A DNA stretch of 64,000 nucleotides from a virus (Duplodnaviria > Caudoviricetes). The notes beneath the pieces were generated by a model that did no database searches, had not been told where the DNA came from, and saw only the letters and a list, made by a program, of their open reading frames with translations. Each line of letters opens with the position of its first letter. Position 1 is the first letter of the stretch. A program made the position numbers and the translations under genes. Of the stretch, positions 55,746 to 64,000 are shown one piece after another. The stretch is taken from the IMG/VR virus record IMGVR_UViG_3300031669_005479, positions 138,815 to 202,814 of that record; one strand, given 5' to 3'.

Positions 55746-58700
55746 ATGACAAATAATATTCTTAAAAGTTTTCCCAAACAAGAGGTGGAAAAAGCAGCAT
55801 TACAATACTTTAAAGGTGATGAGTTAGCAGCAGACGTTTGGATTAAAAAATACTGTTTAAAGGATGAAAATAACTTTTATGAATTGACTCCCGATGACAT
55901 GCATCGAAGAATTGCAAAAGAAATTGCAAGAATTGAAGCAAAATATATAAATCCGCTTTCCGAAGACCAGATTTACGAAACACTAAAAAATTTTAAAAGA
56001 ATTGTGCCACAAGGCAGTCCAATGTCAGGAATTGGTAATAATTTTCAGGTAGTTTCGCTAGGAAATTGTTTTGTTGTTGGTAATGATGCTGATTCATATG
56101 GTGGAATTATTCGAATTGATGAGGAGCAAACACAATTAATGAAGCGTAGAGGTGGTGTTGGTCATGATTTGTCGATGATCAGACCAAATATGACACCAGT
56201 AAAAAACAGTGCAATTACTTCTACAGGTATCGTTCCCTTCATGGAAAGATATTCGAATAGCACAAAAGAGGTTGCACAGGATGGACGACGTGGTGCATTA
56301 ATGTTATCCGTGTCAATAAAACATCCTGATGCAGAATCGTTTATTGATGCAAAATTATTACAGGGAAAAATATCTGGTGCAAATATTTCGGTAAGAATTG
56401 ATGATGAGTTCATGAATTCGGCATTAAATGAAAAATCATATAATCAACAATATCCAATTGATGGTATCGCCAAGTATCAAAAAGAAATTGATGCATCAAA
56501 ACTTTGGAAAAAAATTGTTCACAATGCTTGGAAATCTGCCGAACCTGGTATTCTTTTTTGGGATAAAATTCTAAATGAATCAATACCTTCATGCTATGGT
56601 AAAAAATGGGTTGAAAAAAGCACAAATCCATGTGTCAGTGAAGATACATTAATATTGACAGATGATGGATATCTACCGATCAAAGAATTGGTTGGTAAAA
56701 AGGTTAATGTTTGGAACGGTGAAGAGTTTTCCGAAACCATTCCAGCAATAACTGGATATAATCAAAAAATGATTAAAATAAAATTTTCTGATGGTAGTGA
56801 ATTAAAATGTACACCATATCATAAATTCTACACTTGGAAAGGTTTTGAACGTGATGGAAAGGTAATAAAAAAGAACGGAAATGAACTTATTGTTGGTGAT
56901 AAGTTGGAAAAATATAAATTTCCAAAATTAAAACGAGATTTGAGCACTGGCCATCATATTTACATATCGACTGATAATATTGGCAATGGCTACATAACAA
57001 ATAAGGAATTTTATACTGCAGGTTTTTTTGCTGGTGACGGACATATTAAAAGAAATGATGAGTATATGATTTCATTATATGGAGTAAAAAAAGAATTAAT
57101 ACCATATTTGGAAATTATTGGTAATGAATCTGAGGATATTGCTAACGATAAAATTACGGTAAGAATAAATTTACCAGAATATTTTAAATTTAGTCCTCAA
57201 AACATACCAATTAAAAAAATAATACCAATCTATGAAAAGGGGATGCCTGAATTAGATGTGTTGAATTGGTTGGCTGGTTTAATCGATTCTGACGGTTCAC
57301 GTAATTCTGATAAAGGGTCAATATCAATTTCTTCAATAGATAAAAACTTCTTAATGCAAATTAAACTAAATATATTAAATACGTTTGGTATTAATGGAAG
57401 TGTTATTGATGAAAAGAATGGCGGTATTAAGAAAATTAAGGGAATTGAATATGAAACAAATAAATCATATAGACTAATAATTAGCGCACATAATGTTAAA
57501 AAATTATATGATTTAGGTTTAAGAACACATAGAGTTAAAATCGATGATGTTAATCCAAATCGTGATGCATCTCGATTTATAACTGTTGAATCAATTGAAT
57601 CTATCGATGATGCAGACGTTGTATATTGTTTTACTGAAGAAAAACGTGGGAGAGGTTGCTTTAATGGCGTGGTTACTGGACAATGTGGCGAATTGCCGTT
57701 GCCACCATATGATTCATGTAGATTGGTGTGCATGAATTTATATGGTTACGTTGTAAATCCTTTTACAGTAAATGCGTATTTTGATGAGGAAGCATTTAGT
57801 AGAGATGTACAGATTGCTATGAGGTATATGGATGATATTGTAGACCTAGAAGTTGAAAAAATCGATACTATTTTATTGAAAATTCAATCCGACCCAGAAT
57901 CAGACGAAATTAAGTTAGTTGAAAAGAATTTATGGGAAAAAATTCGTGGTATGGCACTTGAAGGTAGGAGAACTGGCTTAGGCGTTACTGCAGAAGGAGA
58001 TATGCTTGCCGCACTTGGCTTACGATATGGTACAGAAGAGGCGACAATATTCAGTGAAAATGTGCATAAGGGACTTAAATTAAACGCATATCGCTCATCA
58101 GTTACAATGGCTAAAGAACGTGGTGCTTTTCCAATTTATAATCATAATTTAGAATCAAGCAATCCGTTTATATTAAGAATTTTAGAAGAAGACCCACAAT
58201 TACATTACGATATGTGGACTTATGGTCGTAGAAATATTGCACTGCTAACTATTGCACCAACTGGTAGTGCAAGCTTAATGACACAAACAACATCAGGCAT
58301 TGAACCAGCATTTTTACCTGTTTATATGCGTAGACGTAAGATTAATCCACAAGAAAAGGATGTTCGTGTGGATTTTATTGATGATGAGGGTATTTCATGG
58401 ATGCAATATCCAGTATTTCATCATAAGTTTGAAATATGGTTAGAAGTTGAGGGATATGATGTTAATGTTGTTAAAACCATGAGCAAAGAACAACTTGACG
58501 AAATTGTGAAGAAATCACCCTATTATAAAGCAACATCAAATGACGTTGATTGGGTGATGAAAGTTATAATGCAAGGTAAAATACAAAAACATATTGACCA
58601 TAGCATTTCTGTTACGGTTAATCTTCCAGAATCGGTGAGTGAAGAAACTGTTGCAAAAGTATATGAAACTGGTTGGAAATCTGGTTGCAAAGGCATTACT

Positions 58701-59354
58701 GTTTATCGTGATGGTAGTAGAAATGGTGTACTTGTTGGTGCAGAAGATAATAAAAAAGAAAATTTTCACGAGAATCACACACCCAAAAGACCAAAAAGAT
58801 TGAAGGGTGAAATTCACAAATTTCAAAATAATTTGGAAAAATGGATTGCCGTTGTTGGCCTACGTGATGGTAGACCATATGAAATTTTCACTGGAAGACT
58901 TGAAAATGGATTAAGTAAATTACCTCCAAACATTAAAGACTGTGAAGTTGTTAAACAAATATTTGAAGTAGAGGAAATGGATGAGGATGGTAAAATGATT
59001 AAAGTTAGAAAAAAAAGATACGATATTGAATATATTGATAGTAATGGCGAAAAACAAATACATACTGGTTTAAACCACGCATTTAATCCTGAATATTGGA
59101 ACTATGCAAAACTTTTTTCAGGTGTACTTCGACATGGTATGCCAATTATTTATGTCTATCAACTAATTAATTCTATGAATCTAAATAGTGATCATTTGAA
59201 TACGTGGAAAAATGGCGTTGCACGTACAATAAAAAAGTACATTAAGGACGGTGAAAAAATTGAAGGTAAATGTCCTGAATGTGGTAGTGAACATTTAGAA
59301 TTTAAAGAGGGATGTTTAATCTGTATGTCCTGTGGTAGTTCAAAATGTAACTAA
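55746..59354 (+). CDS. nrdJ: class II (adenosylcobalamin-dependent) ribonucleotide reductase with intein
   Basis: SLGNCFV, RRGGVG, TNP/CGE active site split by the intein, RRTGLG, TIAPTG, KGITVYRDGS, C-terminal CPECG...CMSCG. Confidence 0.92.
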   Translation: MTNNILKSFPKQEVEKAALQYFKGDELAADVWIKKYCLKDENNFYELTPDDMHRRIAKEIARIEAKYINPLSEDQIYETLKNFKRIVPQGSPMSGIGNNFQVVSLGNCFVVGNDADSYGGIIRIDEEQTQLMKRRGGVGHDLSMIRPNMTPVKNSAITSTGIVPFMERYSNSTKEVAQDGRRGALMLSVSIKHPDAESFIDAKLLQGKISGANISVRIDDEFMNSALNEKSYNQQYPIDGIAKYQKEIDASKLWKKIVHNAWKSAEPGILFWDKILNESIPSCYGKKWVEKSTNPCVSEDTLILTDDGYLPIKELVGKKVNVWNGEEFSETIPAITGYNQKMIKIKFSDGSELKCTPYHKFYTWKGFERDGKVIKKNGNELIVGDKLEKYKFPKLKRDLSTGHHIYISTDNIGNGYITNKEFYTAGFFAGDGHIKRNDEYMISLYGVKKELIPYLEIIGNESEDIANDKITVRINLPEYFKFSPQNIPIKKIIPIYEKGMPELDVLNWLAGLIDSDGSRNSDKGSISISSIDKNFLMQIKLNILNTFGINGSVIDEKNGGIKKIKGIEYETNKSYRLIISAHNVKKLYDLGLRTHRVKIDDVNPNRDASRFITVESIESIDDADVVYCFTEEKRGRGCFNGVVTGQCGELPLPPYDSCRLVCMNLYGYVVNPFTVNAYFDEEAFSRDVQIAMRYMDDIVDLEVEKIDTILLKIQSDPESDEIKLVEKNLWEKIRGMALEGRRTGLGVTAEGDMLAALGLRYGTEEATIFSENVHKGLKLNAYRSSVTMAKERGAFPIYNHNLESSNPFILRILEEDPQLHYDMWTYGRRNIALLTIAPTGSASLMTQTTSGIEPAFLPVYMRRRKINPQEKDVRVDFIDDEGISWMQYPVFHHKFEIWLEVEGYDVNVVKTMSKEQLDEIVKKSPYYKATSNDVDWVMKVIMQGKIQKHIDHSISVTVNLPESVSEETVAKVYETGWKSGCKGITVYRDGSRNGVLVGAEDNKKENFHENHTPKRPKRLKGEIHKFQNNLEKWIAVVGLRDGRPYEIFTGRLENGLSKLPPNIKDCEVVKQIFEVEEMDEDGKMIKVRKKRYDIEYIDSNGEKQIHTGLNHAFNPEYWNYAKLFSGVLRHGMPIIYVYQLINSMNLNSDHLNTWKNGVARTIKKYIKDGEKIEGKCPECGSEHLEFKEGCLICMSCGSSKCN
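56631..57683 (+). mobile_element. Gln-terminal LAGLIDADG intein (351 aa) at the RNR active-site Cys
   Basis: Starts CVSEDT, ends GVVTGQ followed by Cys; motifs AGFFAGDG and LAGLIDSDG. Confidence 0.92.
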
Positions 59355-59560
59355 GATAATCCGCATCTAACACATTTTAAACATCCTCAATATGTATAAC
59401 AATTATTGAGGATGTTTTATTTTATTTTACTGAAATGTGAAATATCACAAGTATTTTTCAAAATACTTGTAAATTAAAAATTTTGTAGTATTTTTGTCAC
59501 GATTTAGTTATTATAAGTTTAATTGAATCGTAAAAATAATTTTATTTAATATACAATAAA

Positions 59561-59731
59561 ATGACTAAAAAAGTAATTATTAATACATTGTACGAAAAAA
59601 GAGGCAAAGCAATTCCTACAATAGAGAATACAAGCATATCAACAATAACAAATAATAATTCCGAAACAAATAATAATTCCGAAACAAATAATAATACTCA
59701 AACTAACGATAATTCAACAAAAGATGAATGA
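59561..59731 (+). CDS. small Asn/Thr-rich protein with an 18-bp tandem repeat
   Basis: 56-aa ORF after a CTTG...TATTTTTG promoter; its TGA stop overlaps the next gene. Confidence 0.45.
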   Translation: MTKKVIINTLYEKRGKAIPTIENTSISTITNNNSETNNNSETNNNTQTNDNSTKDE

Positions 59732-60113
59732 TGATGAAAAAATGGAACGTGCGTTAAATGTATATGATAAACTTAATGAATTTCATGACAATTTAGTTAC
59801 TAAATTTATTTATGGATTATCAATTGTTGCAATTATTGCAGTTCCTTCGTTTATTAATAAAAAATTCCAATTTAATGCTGCTCAAGAAATATTGGTAAGG
59901 TTTTATTTGATATTAACTTCAATCAATATAATACTTTTGATTTTATCTACATTTCTTAGTAATGTTGCATCATTTAAAAATTGTGAAAAAAGGTTAGATG
60001 TCTGTTCCCATAAAGTTTTTAATTGGTTTATTAAATTTTTTAATGGTTTTTATACATTTGGAACTATTGCTGACATAATATTATTATGTTTCATTATATT
60101 AACGTTATTATAA
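59724..60113 (+). CDS. membrane protein (3 predicted TM segments)
   Basis: Three hydrophobic stretches. Confidence 0.65.
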   Translation: MNDDEKMERALNVYDKLNEFHDNLVTKFIYGLSIVAIIAVPSFINKKFQFNAAQEILVRFYLILTSINIILLILSTFLSNVASFKNCEKRLDVCSHKVFNWFIKFFNGFYTFGTIADIILLCFIILTLL

Positions 60114-60212
60114 TATATGAATATTTATATTCACAGAAACGTAACATTTATTATTACCATTCGTATAACTAATATTGAAAATCAAATAACTGTAAAAATA
60201 AATTGAATTGAA

Positions 60213-62480
60213 ATGAAAAAAAGTGTAAAACTTAGTGAAAATTATTATCTTACTACACAGGAAGTTAATAGTAATGCAGCAGTAAGTGTTGCAAAGAGGA
60301 CAAATCATATTTTTGTGGTTGATGTGTCGGGTTCCATGTCATATGAACTCCCTTTAATTAGAACACAGTTGAAGAATAAACTTTCCAATCTAATGAAGGA
60401 TGGAGATACAATTTCAATTGTATGGTTTTCTGGTGGTAGAGATGCTGGAATCCTAAAAGAAGAGGTTGAAGTAAAATCATTAAAAACCCTTAGTGACCTA
60501 AACGATGCTATTGATAAATGGCTACGTCCAGTTGGATTAACTGCGTTTTTAAAGCCACTTCAATTGGTTAAAGAACTGGTTGATAGAATTCAAAAAAATA
60601 GACCAGATTCTGTATTCTCCATGATTTTCTTAACAGATGGTTATAACAATGACTGTCCTTGGAATGAGGTTATTTCTACGCTAAAAACTCTGGAAAATGA
60701 TATCGCTTCTTCAACATTTGTTGAATATGGTTATTATGCGGATTCCAGAAAATTGACTGAAATGGCAAGTGTTCTCGGTGGTGAAAAAATTAGTTGTGAT
60801 GGCTTTGATGAATTCGAACCAATGTTTGATGCTAAGATATCAACAAGTGCACATGGTGGAAAAAAGTCTGTTGTTGAAATCGAAGATAAGTATCTCTATG
60901 ACTTTGCGTTCTCTGCAAGTAATGGTTCAGTATTGCTATATAACATTGTTGATGGCAAAATCCTAGTTGGTGCAGACGTAAATGAAATTCATTTCTTTTC
61001 TTCAAGTGCCATTGGTAGTGATGCAGGAAATGCTGCAACCGATACAAGTCTTTATGCAGCAATTTATGTGCTTTCTGATAAGCTATTAAATGATGATGCC
61101 GAAAAGGTCTTTTATGCGCTAGGTGATCAGCATTATTATCAAATGCTTGTTAATGCATTTGGAAAGCAAAAACTCAATGCATTTAAATCAGCAATTAAGG
61201 AATGTGTTGGTGATGTATCTAAGAGATTCCCTACTGGTGGCCGTAGCCAAATTAAAGCGGTTCCAGATGATGCATATTGCCTTATGAACCTTATTGAAGA
61301 TTTAGGAAATAGTGAGAGTTGTCTGTTTTACCCAAATCATTCAGAATTTGTTTACAATAGAATTGGTAGGAAAAAACTTGCTGCAGCAACAGTTCTCACG
61401 GAAACTGAGAAAAAAAGAATTGCGGAAGCAAAAAATCTTGACGAGATTAATAAAATTACTGCAGAACTTGCAGAAAGTAAAGTTGATGTTAAGTTCGTTA
61501 ATAGTAATCCAGATAGAGGTTATCCACTTACTGATTTAGTATGGAATAAAAGTCGTGCAAATCTTAGCATTCGCATCTATATTGAAGGCGATGCAATTCT
61601 TCCTAAGAATAAATTCAATATCGATAAGGTAAGTTCTTTCAAGTATAATACATTTACCTTAATAAAAGACGGTATTGTTAATGTTAGTAAACTTCCAGTA
61701 TCATATTCATTGGAATTGATTGATTTGTTAAACGCCAAAAATGTAAAGTATAGCATTTATAAAGGCACTACAGATAATGACCCTTTCGATAATACAATTG
61801 TCATAGACCTCGCCAGTTTACCAATCGTAAATAGGAGTATGGTGAAAGCAGTTTCTGCCAATGCTTTAGCAAAACAGGAGCAAGAACTTCTGGTAATACA
61901 AGCCAATAAGAAGGTATATGACTATTATAAAAAACAATTTTATCCTAAAACTAGTAAGTCATTTGTTGATATGCTTGGTCAGGAAGTTGCAGATTGGTTA
62001 AAAGAAATCGGCATCACGGATTTCAATGGTTTCGCACCAAAAGTAATTTCGGAAGAATCGACAGACTTTTATATGTCAGTTAACCTTATGACTAAAATAA
62101 GAGGTTTATCTTCATTACCAAAAGTAGAGGATGTTGTTGCTAAAATAAAAAGTGGGGTGTCGTTAAAATTAAATGAATGGATTATGTCTGATGCAATAAT
62201 TAAATATATTGCACAAACCGAAGGGGAAATGTTTCAATCGCTATCGAAAGACCAACAAGATGCAATGCTTAAAACTTATTTGGAAACAAAATCAAATATT
62301 TTGGATAAACAAAGAAGAAAAATCATGCAAGCAATCGCAGAAATAAAATTCAGTCTCATACTTTCAAAAAGATGGTTTAAAGAATTTAAATCATTTGATG
62401 AAAATAAATTAACTTTAAATATTGATGGACGTGATTTTGAATTTTCGTTTGAACTTAACGAAGAACAGGAATTAGTATAG
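60213..62480 (+). CDS. large vWA domain protein
   Basis: FVVDVSGSM MIDAS, IFLTDGYNN. Confidence 0.85.
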   Translation: MKKSVKLSENYYLTTQEVNSNAAVSVAKRTNHIFVVDVSGSMSYELPLIRTQLKNKLSNLMKDGDTISIVWFSGGRDAGILKEEVEVKSLKTLSDLNDAIDKWLRPVGLTAFLKPLQLVKELVDRIQKNRPDSVFSMIFLTDGYNNDCPWNEVISTLKTLENDIASSTFVEYGYYADSRKLTEMASVLGGEKISCDGFDEFEPMFDAKISTSAHGGKKSVVEIEDKYLYDFAFSASNGSVLLYNIVDGKILVGADVNEIHFFSSSAIGSDAGNAATDTSLYAAIYVLSDKLLNDDAEKVFYALGDQHYYQMLVNAFGKQKLNAFKSAIKECVGDVSKRFPTGGRSQIKAVPDDAYCLMNLIEDLGNSESCLFYPNHSEFVYNRIGRKKLAAATVLTETEKKRIAEAKNLDEINKITAELAESKVDVKFVNSNPDRGYPLTDLVWNKSRANLSIRIYIEGDAILPKNKFNIDKVSSFKYNTFTLIKDGIVNVSKLPVSYSLELIDLLNAKNVKYSIYKGTTDNDPFDNTIVIDLASLPIVNRSMVKAVSANALAKQEQELLVIQANKKVYDYYKKQFYPKTSKSFVDMLGQEVADWLKEIGITDFNGFAPKVISEESTDFYMSVNLMTKIRGLSSLPKVEDVVAKIKSGVSLKLNEWIMSDAIIKYIAQTEGEMFQSLSKDQQDAMLKTYLETKSNILDKQRRKIMQAIAEIKFSLILSKRWFKEFKSFDENKLTLNIDGRDFEFSFELNEEQELV

Positions 62481-62591
62481 TATTCTTATCATCATAAAAA
62501 ATTCTCAGAATTTCTGAGAATTTTTTATGTAAATTTTACACATTTTTAAACTTATTTGGACATTTAACGTATTTATAATAAATGTTTATTT

Positions 62592-62777
62592 ATGGAACTA
62601 ATATCGATTAGTAAAGCAAGTAAAATCTTAGGTGTCACGCAAAAAACATTAAGAGTTTGGGAAAGGGATGGTGATATTATAGCATTTTACACACCTAAAG
62701 GTCATAGAAGATATAACTATGATTACATTATTGATTTAAGTAAAAATGGAAAAAAATCAGCGCAATCATTGGACTAA
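62592..62777 (+). CDS. MerR-type HTH (IS607 TnpA N-terminus-like)
   Basis: ISKASKILGVTQKTLRVWER...TPKGHRRY. Confidence 0.8.
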   Translation: MELISISKASKILGVTQKTLRVWERDGDIIAFYTPKGHRRYNYDYIIDLSKNGKKSAQSLD

Positions 62778-63672
62778 AGAACGCTGTGCTATTGAGGCGT
62801 TGAAATATAGTACCAGAAGTGATTTTTGGAAATATTCTAAATCAGCATATAATGCATCAATTAGAAATAAGTGGTTAAACGAAATTTCTTATCACATGCA
62901 CAGTAAATTAGTTGTATGGGATAGAGAAAATTGTCACCAAGAAGCATTGAAATACAAAACAAGAAGTGAATTTAATAGGTATTCATTAAATGCATATCGT
63001 TATGCATTGAAAGAACATCTTCTTGATGAAATATGTTCTCACATGATAGTTATTGGTAATAAAAAGAAAAGATGTATTTACGTATTTGAATTTGGTGACA
63101 ATTTTGCTTATGTTGGATTGACATACAATACCAATAAGCGAATCGTTGAACATTTAAGTACCAGAAATTCACAAGTATATAAACACGTTCAAACCACTAA
63201 TTTAACACCAGTATTTAAACAATTAACAGATTATCTTGATGTTAGTGATGCGATGATAAAAGAAAATGATTATTTAACACAATATGAGAATAATGGATGG
63301 AAATTATTAAATAAAGCAAAAACTGGAGCATTGGGTGGTAATGAAGTTTATTGGACTATTAAAAAATGTCATGAAGAGGCGTTAAAATACGAAAAAAAAT
63401 ATGAATTTATGAAGGGCACTCCAGCAGCATACAGTGCTGCATATAAAAACGGATGGCTGGTTGAAATTTGTGAACATATGATTGAATCATATAAGCCAGA
63501 TGGATATTGGAATATTGATAAATGTCATGAAGATGCATTAAAATATGATAAAAGAAATATCTATCAACATAAATCAAAATCTTCATACAATACCGCATTA
63601 AGGAACGGTTGGCTCGATGAAATCTGTCAACACATGCCAATACGCAGTAAAAAACATAAAAATGATAAATAA
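62746..63672 (+). CDS. GIY-YIG endonuclease flanked by repeated helical modules
   Basis: CIYVFEF...AYVGLT; repeated WTKERC..EALKY..R..F...Y..A...WL.EIC.HM modules. Confidence 0.83.
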   Translation: MEKNQRNHWTKERCAIEALKYSTRSDFWKYSKSAYNASIRNKWLNEISYHMHSKLVVWDRENCHQEALKYKTRSEFNRYSLNAYRYALKEHLLDEICSHMIVIGNKKKRCIYVFEFGDNFAYVGLTYNTNKRIVEHLSTRNSQVYKHVQTTNLTPVFKQLTDYLDVSDAMIKENDYLTQYENNGWKLLNKAKTGALGGNEVYWTIKKCHEEALKYEKKYEFMKGTPAAYSAAYKNGWLVEICEHMIESYKPDGYWNIDKCHEDALKYDKRNIYQHKSKSSYNTALRNGWLDEICQHMPIRSKKHKNDK

Positions 63673-63738
63673 TTTCAATTTTTTAAATTATTGGTTTTCA
63701 ACCAACTAAAAATTATTTTTATTTTTTTTTAAAAATAG

Positions 63739-63776
63739 TTTGCAATTATTGTAACATTTTATACCTTTGCAACGTA
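63739..63776 (+). promoter_or_regulatory. overlapping primary-sigma and ECF-like promoters of leader 4
   Basis: TTTG-N19-TACCTTTG plus TGTAAC-N17-CGTA; near copy of 43897-43934. Confidence 0.8.
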
Positions 63777-63821
63777 TTTAGATGAAAGTAGATTTGAATT
63801 ATAACTTTTAATTTTAAAAAA

Positions 63822-63944
63822 ATGAAAACACGAACAACAAATATTACCATTAGCACATCGATTATTAGTCGTAATGGAAGTTCTATATTCTGTTCAAATT
63901 TTACAGGCAGAAATATTGATGTTATCGGGTTATGGTTTTCATAA
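63822..63944 (+). CDS. attenuator leader peptide 4 (Thr/Ile/Ser/Arg/Asn/Gly/Phe/Cys)
   Basis: MKTRTTNITISTSIISRNGSSIFCSNFTGRNIDVIGLWFS; ATCGGGTT complementary to the terminator 5' arm. Confidence 0.8.
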   Translation: MKTRTTNITISTSIISRNGSSIFCSNFTGRNIDVIGLWFS

Positions 63945-63968
63945 AAGTAAAAGAAAACTAATAAAGTC

Positions 63969-64000
63969 AAAAACCCGATTCGAAAGATTCGGGTTTTTTT
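63969..64000 (+). terminator. attenuator terminator 4
   Basis: AAAAACCCGA-ttcgaaagat-TCGGGTTTTTTT. Confidence 0.9.

Noticed and set aside
1-64000. Genome-wide UGA or UAG reassignment
   Set aside because: Standard-code ORFs tile the window, and TAG and TGA end genes at expected positions (for example thyA TAG, 38084 TGA).

Overview
AT-rich segment of a T4-like jumbo phage. The host is most likely in Bacteroidota, because many TTTG-N19-TAnnTTTG promoters are present and there are no Shine-Dalgarno sites. 1-11.7 kb: nucleotide and DNA metabolism (dUTPase, ThyA with an in-frame HNH insert, intein-bearing SF1 helicase, a methyltransferase with two in-frame TGA codons) plus neck genes. 11.7-39 kb: head and packaging module (major capsid, scaffold, prohead protease, intein-bearing portal, large terminase), large structural proteins, a lytic transglycosylase and several free-standing homing endonucleases. 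39.7-54.5 kb: 20 tRNA genes in three clusters, RNA-repair-type genes and an 8-cassette integron-like array. 54.8-64 kb: two vWA proteins, an intein-bearing class II RNR and a GIY-YIG endonuclease. Main discovery: each tRNA cluster is preceded by a promoter, a short leader ORF rich in the amino acids of the tRNAs downstream, an antiterminator and an intrinsic terminator. This looks like ribosome-dependent attenuation of phage tRNA operons. A fourth leader at the window end uses the 8 amino acids not covered by the other three clusters, which predicts the next cluster. Also notable: swapped variable arms in 8 tRNAs, the attC-like cassette array, three promoter classes and a shared N-terminal leader on scattered late genes. 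All calls come from reading motifs by eye; no searches were run.
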